Shown here: one piece after another, positions 39,154 through 49,604 of the stretch | How the letters are laid out: each line of letters opens with the position of its first letter | Numbering within the stretch: position 1 is the first letter of the stretch | Assembly: GCA_963762145.1 (NCBI GenBank) | Contig: CAVXJS010000021.1 | Span: 608,001 to 672,000 of the forward strand | DNA: 64,000 nucleotides | Source of the DNA: an uncultured Candidatus Rokubacteria bacterium | GTDB lineage: Bacteria > Methylomirabilota > Methylomirabilia > Rokubacteriales > CSP1-6 | Direction of reading: 5' to 3' | Position numbers and translations under genes: made by a program | The notes under the pieces: generated by a model | Seen by the model: only the letters and a program-made list of their open reading frames with translations | Told to the model about the DNA's origin: nothing | Databases searched by the model: none

Positions 39154-41217
39154 TCAGCGCGCGCTGAGGGCCGCGAGCGCGCGCGTCACTTCCTGGCGCT
39201 CCGCCTCGCTGAGCGCGGCGTCGCCGAAGCGGGCGCGCTCGTAGTAGCCGGTGAGGCGCTCGAAGGCGGCCGCGCGGTCCGGCGCGCGCTCCTCCACGCG
39301 CGCGGCGAACTGCCGCGCGGTCTCCGCGGCGTCGGGAGCCAGCCCGCGGCGGGCCAGGAGCCGGAGCGCGCGCTCGTAGAACGCGGGCATCCGGGCCGCC
39401 GGCCCGCGCCGCGGCACGACGTGCCCGTAGTGCCGCAGCCCCCACAGCAGCGCCACCAGCACCGCGAGGCCCGCGCCGGTCAGCAGCGGGGGGCTCACGC
39501 GCCAGTCGCGCGGCCACCGGAGCGCCACGCGCGCGTCCGCGGCCTGGCGATGGACGGAGGCGGCGAGCTGCACCTGGTCGCGCAGGCTCCAGTTGACCAC
39601 GTAGCGATACCAGCGCATGCGGGCGGCGTCGAAGTAGAGCGACACGCGGCCGGGGATCTCTTCCGCCGTCGCCTCCGCGCGCGGGGACGGATCGAAGGCC
39701 ACCCAGCCCCGCCCCTCGAGGTAGACCTCGACCCAGGCGTGGGCGTCGCTCAGGCGCACCATGAAGTAGCGCCCGTACGGGTTCCACTCGCCCTGCTGGA
39801 AGCCCGCCACCACCCGGGCCGGAACGCCGATGCTCCGCAGCATCACCGCCATCGCGGCCGCGAAGTACTCGCAGTTGCCCGAGCGGCGCACGAAGAGGAA
39901 CTCCTCGAGGGGGGCCAGCGTGGTCGGGGTCTGCCGCTTGAGCGCGAGGGTGTAGCGATAGTGGGTGCTCAGATACTCGCTGAGCCGGCCGGCCGCCGTC
40001 TCCGCGTCGGCGCTGCCCGCGGTCACCTCCCGGGCGAGGCGCTCGATCTCGGGCGCCAGGGGCGGCAGCTGCACGAACCGCGCGCGATCCTCGGCGGACA
40101 GGGCGGGCCACAAGCGGCGGCTGATCCCGAGGGGCCGGCCGGGGGTGTCGATCTCGGAGTCGACGACGTAGTGCAGGCGCGCGCTCGGGCTCGACACCGT
40201 GAGGCCGTCCATGTCGTCCACCACCAGGGAGGGCGAGCGGAGCTCGATCCGCATCGCGCGCGGCGCCGCGAACACCGCGTCGCTCCCGATCGGCTCGAGG
40301 TAGATCTCCTGGCGCACCATCGGCCCCGTTGCGCGGGGCAGCCCGAGCCCGAAGTCGCCGGTGATCGCGCGCTGCAGGTACCGCCGGGGCGCCGACACGC
40401 TCGACCACGTCCGCCCGTCGAACTGGTCGAACGCCACGCCGCGCCAGCGCAGCGTGGGCAGGGTGTCCGGCGAGAGCCGCTCGTCCGCCAGGTAGACGCG
40501 CATGACCACGGAGCGGTCGCTCTCGATGTCGCCGAAGCTGCCCAGGTCCACCCGGTCCGAGAACCCGGTCACCATGCGCCCGATGGACGCCCGGAGCGGC
40601 AGCGCGGCCTGCCCCACCCGCGGGATCACGAAGAAGAGGCCGGCCGCGAGCGTGAAGGTGATGACGGCGGCGGCCAGGCCCACCCGGGTGAGCGGCCCGC
40701 GGAAGAAGACCCGCCGCGCGGTGGTGGTGGCGTGGCCGGGGCGACCCGCCAGCTCCAGCTCGGTCACCACGTGGTGGAGAATCAGCATCCAGGTGCCGAG
40801 CAGGAAGTAGACGACGAACACGAACAGGAAGCTCAGGTTGAAGCTGATCGAGGCGGCGGCCACCAGCATGAAGAAGGACAGCAGCCCCGCGTCGCGCAGG
40901 TCTCGCAGGCCGCGGCGCGCGAAGAGCCGCAGCAGGATCAGGAACAGCAGCAGGTGCACCATGCCGTCGAGCAGCGAGTAGGCCAGGTAGAAGAGATCCA
41001 CCGCGATGGCCACCGCGGCGGTGGCCACCAGGCTCCAGCCGAGCGCGGGCCGCACCGCGCCGCGCTCGCGCGCCTGCTCGTGGCCCCAGCTCACCAGGAT
41101 CGCCAGCACCACCAGCGCGGCCCCCGGCGCGCCGATCAGGTTGGCGAGATAGAGCGCGGCCACGCCCGCGCACACCATCAGATACGTGACGAGGCGGAGG
41201 GCGAGGAGGGCCGACAT
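39154..41217 (-). CDS. DUF3488/transglutaminase (TgpA-like) protein
   Basis: TM N-terminus, WRGVAFD, GNCEYFA, AHAWVEVY, DPSP. Confidence 0.92.
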   Translation of the reverse strand: MSALLALRLVTYLMVCAGVAALYLANLIGAPGAALVVLAILVSWGHEQARERGAVRPALGWSLVATAAVAIAVDLFYLAYSLLDGMVHLLLFLILLRLFARRGLRDLRDAGLLSFFMLVAAASISFNLSFLFVFVVYFLLGTWMLILHHVVTELELAGRPGHATTTARRVFFRGPLTRVGLAAAVITFTLAAGLFFVIPRVGQAALPLRASIGRMVTGFSDRVDLGSFGDIESDRSVVMRVYLADERLSPDTLPTLRWRGVAFDQFDGRTWSSVSAPRRYLQRAITGDFGLGLPRATGPMVRQEIYLEPIGSDAVFAAPRAMRIELRSPSLVVDDMDGLTVSSPSARLHYVVDSEIDTPGRPLGISRRLWPALSAEDRARFVQLPPLAPEIERLAREVTAGSADAETAAGRLSEYLSTHYRYTLALKRQTPTTLAPLEEFLFVRRSGNCEYFAAAMAVMLRSIGVPARVVAGFQQGEWNPYGRYFMVRLSDAHAWVEVYLEGRGWVAFDPSPRAEATAEEIPGRVSLYFDAARMRWYRYVVNWSLRDQVQLAASVHRQAADARVALRWPRDWRVSPPLLTGAGLAVLVALLWGLRHYGHVVPRRGPAARMPAFYERALRLLARRGLAPDAAETARQFAARVEERAPDRAAAFERLTGYYERARFGDAALSEAERQEVTRALAALSAR

Positions 41218-41218
41218 G

Positions 41219-42262
41219 TCAGGCCAGCGCGATCCGGATCTCGCGCAGCGGGCGGGGGCCGCGCCGCGCCTCGGGGCCCGTGGACGCGGCCGGCTCCGGC
41301 CGGGGGGCGTCCGCGTCGTACAGCGCGAGCTCGGTGAGCATGCGCCGCAGGTGCGTGCGGCCGTGGCCGAGCGGGACCGCGCAGGCCGCGCCCGCCAGCT
41401 CCACCCCCGCGCCCGCGCGGACGAGCGCCACCGCCAGCGAGGCCGCCTCCGAGAGCCCGCGCTCGAGCGCCTCGGTGCCGCGCCGGCCGCGCCCGACCAG
41501 CACCAGGCGCGTGTTCGGGCTCGTGTCCGCCTCGAGCTCGCGCACCAGGAGGCCGTCCGTCTTGGCGCTGCTGCGCCAGTGGATGAAGCGCGGGTCGTCG
41601 CCCGACCGGTAGGCGCGCAGGTTGTAGAGGTCGTTGCCGCGGCCGCGCCGCCGGGCGGAGGCGTCGCCGCTCTCGCCGAGCCGGCGGAGCGTCTCGGCCG
41701 AGACCGGGTGCACCGCCGGGAACACGACCACGTCGTCGGTGAGGGCGGGCCGCCCCGCCTTCACGAAGAGGCCGAAGGGAAAGCGCGTGGTCAGTCGCAC
41801 GCCGGTGAGGCGATGGCGGCCGCGCTGCGGCAGCGTCTCCTCCCAGGTCGCGAGGCGCTCGAGCCCCGCCTCGATCCGGCGCACGTAGATGAAGCGCGAG
41901 GAGGAGTCGAGCGAGCGCGCCTCGGGGGCGAGCAGCTCCACCGTGACCGAGTAGGAGGTGAACCAGCCCTTGCGATTGGCGAGCGCGGCCCCGAGGAGCG
42001 CGGGCTGGCCCGCGTAGATCTCGTCCGGCGCGATGCCGGTCAGGTGGAGGCCCCGCATGCTCTGCTCGGAGAGGATGCCCGAGACCACGATGAGAGCCAG
42101 CAGGGCCGAGACCAGCAGGTAGAGCAGGTTGTTGCCGGTGTTGATGGCGGCGACGCCCAGTCCCACCGCCACGAGCAGGCACCACCAGCCGTCGCGGGTG
42201 GGCTTGATGGTCCGGCGCGGGTGGAAGAGCCGCCAGATCGCGGCCCGGACCAGCGTCAGCAC
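41219..42262 (-). CDS. DUF58 domain protein
   Basis: AAINTGNNLLY, FPFGLF, LRAYRSGDDPRFIHWRSSAK. Confidence 0.92.
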   Translation of the reverse strand: MLTLVRAAIWRLFHPRRTIKPTRDGWWCLLVAVGLGVAAINTGNNLLYLLVSALLALIVVSGILSEQSMRGLHLTGIAPDEIYAGQPALLGAALANRKGWFTSYSVTVELLAPEARSLDSSSRFIYVRRIEAGLERLATWEETLPQRGRHRLTGVRLTTRFPFGLFVKAGRPALTDDVVVFPAVHPVSAETLRRLGESGDASARRRGRGNDLYNLRAYRSGDDPRFIHWRSSAKTDGLLVRELEADTSPNTRLVLVGRGRRGTEALERGLSEAASLAVALVRAGAGVELAGAACAVPLGHGRTHLRRMLTELALYDADAPRPEPAASTGPEARRGPRPLREIRIALA

Positions 42263-42263
42263 G

Positions 42264-43199
42264 CTACCTCGGAACGGGAACGTCCTGCAGGATGGCGGTG
42301 ACGGCGGCCTCGCCGTCCATCCCGCCCGCCGCGGAGCCCGCGAGGGAGCCCTTGACGATCACGCGGTGGGCGAGCGCCGGCACCGCCAGGTGCTTGACGT
42401 CGTCGGGCAGCAGGTAGTCGCGCCCGTCGGCGAGCGCGCGGGCGCGGGCGGCGCGCAGCAGGGCGAGCGAGCCGCGCGGGCTCACCCCCAGCGCGAGCAG
42501 GGGCGACCGGCGCGTGGCGGTGACCAGCGCGACCAGGTAGTCGAGGACCGATTCCTCCACCCGTACCTTGTCGGCCGCCTCCTGGAGGACCAGCACGTCG
42601 TCGGCCTCGACCACCGGCATGAGATCGGCGGGCGCGATGTCGCCGCGCAGCACCGCCTTCTCGTCGGCGGCGGCCGGGTAGCCGATGCGGATGCGCAGGA
42701 GGAAGCGGTCGAGCTGCGATTCGGGGAGCGGGAAGGTGCCCTCGTACTCGCGCGGGTTCTGGGTGGCCAGCACCATGAAGGGACGCGGCAGCGGATAGGT
42801 CGAGTGGTCGAGCGAGACCTGCGCCTCGTTCATCGCCTCGAGCAGCGCGGACTGCGTCTTGGGCGTGGTGCGGTTGATCTCGTCGGCGAGCACGATGTTG
42901 GTGAAGAGCGGGCCCGGCTTGAAGACGAACTCCGCGCGCTTGGGCTCCCACACCGAGACCCCCAGCACGTCGGAGGGCAGCATGTCGGACGTGAACTGGA
43001 TGCGCTGGAACGAGGCCCCGATGGACCGGGCCAGGCCCGAGGCCAGCGTGGTCTTGCCCACCCCGGGCACGTCCTCGATCAGCAGGTGCCCGCGGGCGAC
43101 CAGGCCGATGACGGCGAGCCGCACCACCTCCGGCTTTCCGACCAGCGCGCGCCCGACGTTTTCCTCGAGACGGCGGATGGTTTCCGTCGAGTCGCCCAT
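42264..43199 (-). CDS. moxR: MoxR-family AAA+ ATPase
   Basis: [34 protein letters not shown]. Confidence 0.95.
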   Translation of the reverse strand: MGDSTETIRRLEENVGRALVGKPEVVRLAVIGLVARGHLLIEDVPGVGKTTLASGLARSIGASFQRIQFTSDMLPSDVLGVSVWEPKRAEFVFKPGPLFTNIVLADEINRTTPKTQSALLEAMNEAQVSLDHSTYPLPRPFMVLATQNPREYEGTFPLPESQLDRFLLRIRIGYPAAADEKAVLRGDIAPADLMPVVEADDVLVLQEAADKVRVEESVLDYLVALVTATRRSPLLALGVSPRGSLALLRAARARALADGRDYLLPDDVKHLAVPALAHRVIVKGSLAGSAAGGMDGEAAVTAILQDVPVPR

Positions 43200-43284
43200 A
43201 GGATTCCACTATACCGTACGGGCATTTTTCGGCCCGCGCGGGTCGCTGGCCGGACCCGCGCCCATCGGCTACACTGGCCCCGCG

Positions 43285-44112
43285 ATGGCCTTCGGTCCAC
43301 CCCCCACCGTCTACTGGCCCCGCGGCGCCCGCGCGGCCTGCGCCTTCACCTTCGATCTGGACGCCGAGACGCTGTGGATGGCCCGCGGCGTTCACGAGCC
43401 GGTCACGCTCTCGCAGGGCCGGTTCGGGCCGGTGGAAGCGTTGCCGCGCATCCTGGCGCTGCTGCGAACCCACGACATTCGCGCCTCGTTCTTCATCCCG
43501 GCCTGGGTGGCCGAGCACCACCAGGACGCGGTGCGCGCCATCGCGGACGGCGGCCACGAGATCGGCTGCCACGGCGACGAGCACGAGCGGGTGAGCGAAT
43601 TGCCGCCCGACCGCGAGGAGGCCATCCTGGCCCGCAGCGTGGACGTGCTCACGCGCCTCGGGGGCACGCGCCCCCTCGGGTACCGCGCGCCCGCCTGGCA
43701 GCTCTCGGCCGCGACGATCCCGCTGCTCGTGCAGTACGGCTTCGCCTACTCCTCGAACATGATGGACCGGCTCTCGCCGTACCTGCATCCGGTGGTGGGG
43801 GGCCGCGCGCTGGTGGAGATCCCGGTGTCGTGGGTGCTCGACGACGCCCCGTACTTCATGTTCACCGGCCAGCGGGCGATCCAGCCGCCGGGTCCGGTGC
43901 TGCAGGGCTGGCTCACCGAGTTCGAGGGCATCACGGAGGCGCACGGGGTGACCAACTTCACCTTCCACCCCCAGATCATCGGCCGGCCGTCACGCCTGGC
44001 CTGCCTGCGCGAGCTGATGGAGCACGCGCGCCACACGCCGCGGGTGTGGATCGCCTCGCTCGGCGAGATCAGCGCCCACTACCGCACCGCGCTGGAGAGC
44101 GCGGCGGGCTAG
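43285..44112 (+). CDS. Polysaccharide deacetylase family protein
   Basis: FTFDLDAE, GHEIGCHG..H, GYRAP, FHPQ. Confidence 0.88.
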   Translation: MAFGPPPTVYWPRGARAACAFTFDLDAETLWMARGVHEPVTLSQGRFGPVEALPRILALLRTHDIRASFFIPAWVAEHHQDAVRAIADGGHEIGCHGDEHERVSELPPDREEAILARSVDVLTRLGGTRPLGYRAPAWQLSAATIPLLVQYGFAYSSNMMDRLSPYLHPVVGGRALVEIPVSWVLDDAPYFMFTGQRAIQPPGPVLQGWLTEFEGITEAHGVTNFTFHPQIIGRPSRLACLRELMEHARHTPRVWIASLGEISAHYRTALESAAG

Positions 44113-45044
44113 GCGCGGAAGGCGGGCGCGACCTCGGCCATGAAGCGATCGAGCGTGGCGTGGCGATCGGCGGGGAGCAGGAAGGTCGGGACGAAGAGCA
44201 TGCCCACGCCGGCGTCCCGGAGCGTCGCCAGCTTGTCCTTGATCTGGCTCACGCTGCCCGCGAGCACCGTGTCGCGCGCCTTCTCCGCGTCGGCGCCCAT
44301 CCGCTTCATGTAGGCCTGCTCGATCTTCTCGATCCCCGCGCGGTCGTCCGCGAAGCCCAGCACCATCACCGCCGAGCGCAGGATGCTCTTCGGATCGCGC
44401 TTCTCCGTCGCGCAGTGCTGATCGAGGATCCCGCCCTTGTGCCGCAGGGTGGCCGGGCCGCCCCACACGTTCCAGTGATCGGCGTGCCGGGCCGCGATGC
44501 GCAGGGTGACCTTCTCGCCCCCGCCGCCGATCATCAGCTCGGGGTACGGCTTCTGCACCGGCTTGGGCATGAGCGGCGCGCTCTCGAGCTGGTAGTACTT
44601 GCCCTTGTAGTCGGCCTTGGTCCCGGTCCACAGCGCCTTCATCACGTGGCAGGCCTCGTCGAGGCGCGCGAGCCGCTCGCGAGTGGTGTAGAAGTCCATC
44701 CCGTAGGCGCGGTGCTCGTTCTCCTGCCAGCCCGCGCCGACGCCGCAGATGAGCCGGCCGCGGGAGATGATGTCCACGTTGGTGGCCATCTTGGCGAGCA
44801 GCGCGGGATGGCGATAGGTATTGCCGCTCACGATCGTGCCCACGCGCAGGCGCGTGGTCAGGCCGGCCAGCGCGGCGAGCGCGGTCCAGCACTCGAGGGT
44901 GTCGCCGACGCGGTCGGCGGTGTTGGGCATGAAGTGGTCGGTGACGCAGGCCGCGTCCCATCCGGTCTCGTCCGCGTGGCGCCACAGCGTGAGGATCTCG
45001 TCCCAGGTCGTGCCGGTCATGCCGGTGAAGATGGAGAATTTCAT
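44109..45044 (-). CDS. LLM class (F420-type) oxidoreductase
   Basis: DHFMP, NTYRHPALLAK, GAGW..EH, IGGGGEK. Confidence 0.9.
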   Translation of the reverse strand: MKFSIFTGMTGTTWDEILTLWRHADETGWDAACVTDHFMPNTADRVGDTLECWTALAALAGLTTRLRVGTIVSGNTYRHPALLAKMATNVDIISRGRLICGVGAGWQENEHRAYGMDFYTTRERLARLDEACHVMKALWTGTKADYKGKYYQLESAPLMPKPVQKPYPELMIGGGGEKVTLRIAARHADHWNVWGGPATLRHKGGILDQHCATEKRDPKSILRSAVMVLGFADDRAGIEKIEQAYMKRMGADAEKARDTVLAGSVSQIKDKLATLRDAGVGMLFVPTFLLPADRHATLDRFMAEVAPAFRA

Positions 45045-45082
45045 GGTGGCTGGATGCTACGGGCCGTCATGGGAGAGGTCAA

Positions 45083-45979
45083 GTGGAAACCGGGTTCCTG
45101 ATCATTCACCCGGGCGCGCTGGGCGACGTGCTCCAGGCGGTGCCCGCGCTGCGCGGCCTCCGCGCGGCGGCGCCCGCGGCGCCGATCACGTTCGTGGGCC
45201 AGCCGCGGCTCGCGCACCTGCTCGTCGAGCTCGGCGCGGCGCAGCGGGCGCGCACCTTCGACGGCTTCGGCCTCGAGGCCCTCTTCGCGGACGCGCCGAC
45301 GCCGGCCGCGCTGGCGGACGCCATGAGCGGCGCGAGCCACATCGTCTCGTGGTTCGGCTCGCGCGACGAGACCTACGGCCGCCGGCTCCGCGCGCTCGCC
45401 CCCCGGGCGCTCGTCGCGCCGCCGGTGCCCGGGGACGACACGCCGGTCTGGCGGCACCTGCTCGGAACGCTGACCGGCTGGGATCTCGCGATCCCGGAGC
45501 GCGTGGAGCCGCTGCGCGCGCCCCCCCTGCCCGCGGGCGATGCCGCGAGCCGGCCCCGCCTGGTCGTGCATCCGGGGAGCGGCGGCGACTGGAAGCGGTG
45601 GCCGGTCGAGCGCTTCGCGGAGGTGATCCGCGGGCTCGGTCAACCGCGCAACCTCGAGATCCTGGTGCATCAGGGCCCCGCGGACGCGGAGCCGGCGCAG
45701 CGCCTGCTGGCGCTGCTCGAGGGCGAGGCGACCGTGCTGCTCCAGCCCGACCTGCCACGGCTCGCCGCGGTGCTCGGCACCGCCCGCGCCTACCTGGGCG
45801 GTGACTCCGGGGTAAGCCACCTGGCCGCCGCGGTGGGCGCCCCGAGCGTGGTGCTGTTCCCGCCCGCGACCTCCCGACGCTGGACGCCCTGGAGCCCGAC
45901 CGCGGTACCGGTCGAGCTCCAGGGCGTGGACGGCGACGTCGCGCGCGCGCGCGAGGCGCTCGCGCTCATGCTCGGCTGA
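45083..45979 (+). CDS. Glycosyltransferase family 9 (heptosyltransferase-like)
   Basis: GALGDV, HPGSG..KRWP, DSGVSHLAAA. Confidence 0.88.
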   Translation: METGFLIIHPGALGDVLQAVPALRGLRAAAPAAPITFVGQPRLAHLLVELGAAQRARTFDGFGLEALFADAPTPAALADAMSGASHIVSWFGSRDETYGRRLRALAPRALVAPPVPGDDTPVWRHLLGTLTGWDLAIPERVEPLRAPPLPAGDAASRPRLVVHPGSGGDWKRWPVERFAEVIRGLGQPRNLEILVHQGPADAEPAQRLLALLEGEATVLLQPDLPRLAAVLGTARAYLGGDSGVSHLAAAVGAPSVVLFPPATSRRWTPWSPTAVPVELQGVDGDVARAREALALMLG

Positions 45980-46456
45980 TCACTTCTCGGCGTAGGAGCG
46001 CAGCATCCAGGCCATCTTCTCGTGCTTCTCCATGAGGCCGGTCAGGAAGTCGTTGGTGCCGGCGTCGTTGTGCTTCTCCATCACGGTTTCCAGGTCCGCC
46101 CGCAGGGACCGCACCAGGGCCTCGTGGTCGGCCTGCAGGTTCGCGACCATGGTCAGCGCGGGCGGCTGCTTGCCCGGCTGCTCCTCGAGCCGCGTGTGCT
46201 GCGAGAACTCGGCCAGCGTGCCGAAGGCCTTCCCGCCCAGCGAGCGGGCGCGCTCGGCCACGTCGTCCACGACCTCGTCGAGGGCCTCGTACTGCGCCTC
46301 GAAGAACTTGTGCAGGTCGTTGAACTGGGGGCCCACCACGTTCCAGTGGTAGTTGCGGGTCTTCGTATAGAGCACGTACTCGTCCGCGAGGACGGTATTG
46401 AGGATCTTGACGATGCTGTCCCGGTTGGATTCGGAGATGCCGATATTGAGTGTCAT
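45980..46456 (-). CDS. dps: DNA starvation/stationary phase protection protein
   Basis: YHWNVVGPQF..LH, DDVAER, HEKMAWML. Confidence 0.95.
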   Translation of the reverse strand: MTLNIGISESNRDSIVKILNTVLADEYVLYTKTRNYHWNVVGPQFNDLHKFFEAQYEALDEVVDDVAERARSLGGKAFGTLAEFSQHTRLEEQPGKQPPALTMVANLQADHEALVRSLRADLETVMEKHNDAGTNDFLTGLMEKHEKMAWMLRSYAEK

Positions 46457-46479
46457 GTGTCCCTCCCTCCAACCCTTCA

Positions 46480-46508
46480 GATGCAGCCGGGGGCCTCCCG
46501 GCTGCATC
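46480..46508. terminator. GC-rich hairpin between the HhH gene and dps
   Basis: GATGCAGCCGGG / CCCGGCTGCATC 12-bp perfect stem, no clear U tract. Confidence 0.4.
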
Positions 46509-46525
46509 GTTCCGCCACTTTCTTG

Positions 46526-46846
46526 CTATTTCTGCTTGGCGACCACGTGGTCCTTGATCTTGTCGTAGGTGGCCTGCGGCACGACCTTCTTCTGGACCAG
46601 CTCGTCCTTCCGCTTGTAGGGCCGGTTCTGGACGATCTTCTTGGCGTAGGCGTCCCCGATGCCCGGGACCATCTTGAGATCGGCCTCGCTCGCGGTGTTG
46701 AGGTCGATCGGGTCGTGGCCCATGGACTTCATGTCGCTCTTGGCCGGGGGCGTGGGGGCCTTGGGGGCCTGGGCCCAGGCCGCGGGTGCGCTCAGCGCGC
46801 CGACCGAGAACAGGGCCACGACGAGTAACGCGATCGATCGCTTCAT
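46526..46846 (-). CDS. Secreted helix-hairpin-helix (ComEA-like) protein
   Basis: IDLNTAS..L..VPGIG..YAKKIV..RPY. Confidence 0.88.
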   Translation of the reverse strand: MKRSIALLVVALFSVGALSAPAAWAQAPKAPTPPAKSDMKSMGHDPIDLNTASEADLKMVPGIGDAYAKKIVQNRPYKRKDELVQKKVVPQATYDKIKDHVVAKQK

Positions 46847-46877
46847 GCGGTGCCCTCCTGCTGAAATGAGTGAGCTC

Positions 46878-47240
46878 CTAGCGAATCCCCAGCAGCTCCA
46901 CCTCGAAGATCAGGGTCGCCCCGCCCGGGATGACCCCGCCGGCCCCGCGGTCACCGTAACCCAGGTGCGCGGGGATGATCAGCTTGCGCTTGCCGCCCAC
47001 CTTCATGGAGATGACGCCCTCGTCCCAGCCCTTGATGACCCGGCCCTTGCCCACCGGGAACTCGAACGGCGTGCCGCGGTCCACCGAGCTGTCGAACTTC
47101 GTGCCGCTCTTGAGCCAGCCGGTGTAGTGCACGCTCACGGTGTCGCCGGTCTTCGGCTGAGCGCCGGTCCCCTCCACCAGGTCCACGTAGCCCAGCCCCG
47201 TCGCGGTCTCGACGACCTGCTCGTCGTTCTTGTCGGCCAT
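46878..47240 (-). CDS. FKBP-type peptidyl-prolyl isomerase
   Basis: VHYTGWL, FDSS, VIKGWDEG, LGYG, LIFEVELL. Confidence 0.95.
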   Translation of the reverse strand: MADKNDEQVVETATGLGYVDLVEGTGAQPKTGDTVSVHYTGWLKSGTKFDSSVDRGTPFEFPVGKGRVIKGWDEGVISMKVGGKRKLIIPAHLGYGDRGAGGVIPGGATLIFEVELLGIR

Positions 47241-47289
47241 GCGGTGCGCTCCTTTCGCGCGTGCTGCAGGTGGACGGCGGGCTCCGGCC

Positions 47290-48168
47290 CTAGCCGGCGG
47301 CCGCCGTCGGGAACAGGCGATCCAGATCCCGCGCCAGCGCGTCCGAGACGCGCGTGAGGGGCAGCCGGCACTCCGCCGAGGCGATCAGGCCCTGGCGCCA
47401 GAGGCAGTGCTTGATCGGAACCGGGTTCGGCTCCTTGAAGAGCAGCGGCACCATCGCCTCGAGGCGCGACCAGGCCTTGAGCGCGCCCTGGTGATCGTTG
47501 GCGGCCATGCGCTCGTACACCGAGAGGAACGTCGCGGTCTCGACGTGCGCGGAGGCGAGGATGCCGCCGTCGCCGCCGTGGGCCAGCATGGTGTAGAAGA
47601 ACGCGTCCTCCCCGGTCAGCACCGCGAATCCGGACGGGCGCTGCCGCAGCAGATCGAGCGACTGGACGATGCTGCCGGACGAGTCCTTCACGCCCGCGAT
47701 GTTGGGAACGTCGGCTAGCGCGAGCAGGGTCTCGTTGGTGAGATTCACGCCGGTGCGATAGGGGATGTTGTAGATCAGGATCGGCCGGTCGGTGGCCTCG
47801 GCCACCCGGGTGAAGTGCTCGCGCATGCCGTCCTGGCTCGGCCGGTTGTAGTAGGGGCAGACCGAGAGGATGCCCTGCACCGCGTGCTTCTGCAGCCGCT
47901 TCACCGCCTTCACGACCTTGCGGGTGTCGTTGCCGCCGACGCCCACCAGGATCGGCACTCGCCCCGCGACGGTGGCCACGGTGCGCTCGACGAGCGCCTC
48001 GGTCTCCGCCTCGTCGATCGTCGGGCTCTCGCCGGTGGTGCCGAGCGGGATGACCCCGGTGACCCCGGCGCGCACGTAGTGGTCGAGCAGGCGCTCGTAG
48101 CCCGCGTGGTCCACGAGGCCGTCCTTGAACGGAGTGATGATCGGCAGCCAGACGCCGGAGAAACGCAT
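47290..48168 (-). CDS. dapA: 4-hydroxy-tetrahydrodipicolinate synthase
   Basis: GTTGE, PYYNRP, YNIPYRTG, GVKDS, PNPVPIK. Confidence 0.9.
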   Translation of the reverse strand: MRFSGVWLPIITPFKDGLVDHAGYERLLDHYVRAGVTGVIPLGTTGESPTIDEAETEALVERTVATVAGRVPILVGVGGNDTRKVVKAVKRLQKHAVQGILSVCPYYNRPSQDGMREHFTRVAEATDRPILIYNIPYRTGVNLTNETLLALADVPNIAGVKDSSGSIVQSLDLLRQRPSGFAVLTGEDAFFYTMLAHGGDGGILASAHVETATFLSVYERMAANDHQGALKAWSRLEAMVPLLFKEPNPVPIKHCLWRQGLIASAECRLPLTRVSDALARDLDRLFPTAAAG

Positions 48169-48186
48169 CGCTCTACCTCCTGGACT

Positions 48187-48861
48187 TCAATAGTACCAGC
48201 GGTGCAGCCGCGCGGGGGCCACCCCGCAGAAGTGCAGGAAGCGGAGGGCCCACATGAGGCCGATGGTGCGCAGGGGGCCCTCCCGCTCCCACTTCCGCGC
48301 GGAGGTGGTGACGCGCAGGCGGAGCGCGCGCATCCGTCCGCGGCGCTTCAGGGCGCGGCTCAGCTCGATGTCCTCCATCAGCGGGATCTCGGGATAGCCC
48401 CCGATCGCCTCGAAGTCGGCCCGGCGCACGAAGATGGCCTGATCGCCGGTGCAGATGCCGGAGGCCCGCGAGCGGGCGTTCATGAACCAGGCGATCACCC
48501 GGAAGAGAGCGCGCGCGTTGTCGAAGCGCACGTCGAAGCGGCCGCCCACCACGCCCGGCTCGGCGAGGGCCTGCGCGATGGCCTCCGCCGCGCCCGCGGG
48601 CAGGCGCGTGTCGGCGTGCAGGAACAGCAGCGTGTCACCGCCGGTCGCGCGCGCGCCGTGGTTCATCTGGAGCGCCCGGCCCCGCGCGGTCTCGAGCAGC
48701 TGCGGTCCCGGCGCGCGCGCCACCACCGCCGCGGTCTCGTCGCGGCTGCCGCCGTCCACCACCACGATCTCGGCCCCGGGACAGTCGCGGGCGAGGTCGG
48801 GCAGGAGGCGGGCGAGATTGGCCGCCTCGTCGAGAGCCGGGATGACGATCGCGAGCCTCAT
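48187..48861 (-). CDS. GT2 glycosyltransferase (TIGR04283-like)
   Basis: VDGGSRDET, GRALQMNHGA, LFLHAD, TGDQAIF, MEDIE, TSARKW. Confidence 0.88.
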   Translation of the reverse strand: MRLAIVIPALDEAANLARLLPDLARDCPGAEIVVVDGGSRDETAAVVARAPGPQLLETARGRALQMNHGARATGGDTLLFLHADTRLPAGAAEAIAQALAEPGVVGGRFDVRFDNARALFRVIAWFMNARSRASGICTGDQAIFVRRADFEAIGGYPEIPLMEDIELSRALKRRGRMRALRLRVTTSARKWEREGPLRTIGLMWALRFLHFCGVAPARLHRWYY

Positions 48862-49604
48862 CGAACCGGCGCGATGGTCAGCGCGTCGTAGTAGGCGACG
48901 GCCCGCTCGCCGGTGTCGTCGGTGTCGGTCATCAGCGCGATGCCCACGATGCGGGGCGGCTCCCCGCCCATGATGCGGCGATACTCCTCGTAGATGTCCC
49001 GGGTCTCGGTGACCCAGCGCCCCGCCTCCGCGGCCCCGCTGCGGGCCACCACGATCTTCGCGCGAGCGGTGTAGGCATTGTCGAGCACCGTGCCCACCGG
49101 CAGCCGGCTCTCCCACACGTAGTTGAGGGCGACGCCGGGCGGGTAGCGGCCGTAGAAGAGCCGGTACGCGGCGAAGCGCGCGCGCTCCCACAGCGAGGCG
49201 CCGGCCGGATCGTACTGGAAGGCCACGTACACGCGCGCGGCGTAGTCGTCGCCCTGCTTGCGCCGCGGATCGGACTTGTCGAGCACGTGATCCACCTTCC
49301 AGCGCCAGGAGAGCACGCGGTGGACCTTCGGGTCGAGATCGAGCGGGTGATAGAGGCCGGAGGCCGCCGCGTCGCTCTCCGCGCGCAGCACCCATCGCCC
49401 GCCCTCCAGCACCACGGTGTAGCGCGTGTGGCGGGCCACGCGGGGGAAGGTGAGCGCCTCCCAGCCCGAAGGCGGCGCCGTCGCATCCGTGGGCGGCGTG
49501 AAGTCGCCGAGCCGCAGCGGCTCGGCCGCCCCGCCGGCGGCGACCGCACACAGCAACCCGAGCAGCGCGGCGCCCAGGCGCGCGCGGCCGGCGCGCGACG
49601 TCAT
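48858..49604 (-). CDS. DUF3047 domain protein
   Basis: LSWRWKV, DDYAARVYV, LNYVW, ALMTDTDDTG. Confidence 0.88.
   Translation of the reverse strand: MTSRAGRARLGAALLGLLCAVAAGGAAEPLRLGDFTPPTDATAPPSGWEALTFPRVARHTRYTVVLEGGRWVLRAESDAAASGLYHPLDLDPKVHRVLSWRWKVDHVLDKSDPRRKQGDDYAARVYVAFQYDPAGASLWERARFAAYRLFYGRYPPGVALNYVWESRLPVGTVLDNAYTARAKIVVARSGAAEAGRWVTETRDIYEEYRRIMGGEPPRIVGIALMTDTDDTGERAVAYYDALTIAPVR

Noticed and set aside
39154-43199. MoxR-DUF58-transglutaminase cluster as a novel system
   Set aside because: A well-known, widespread gene triad
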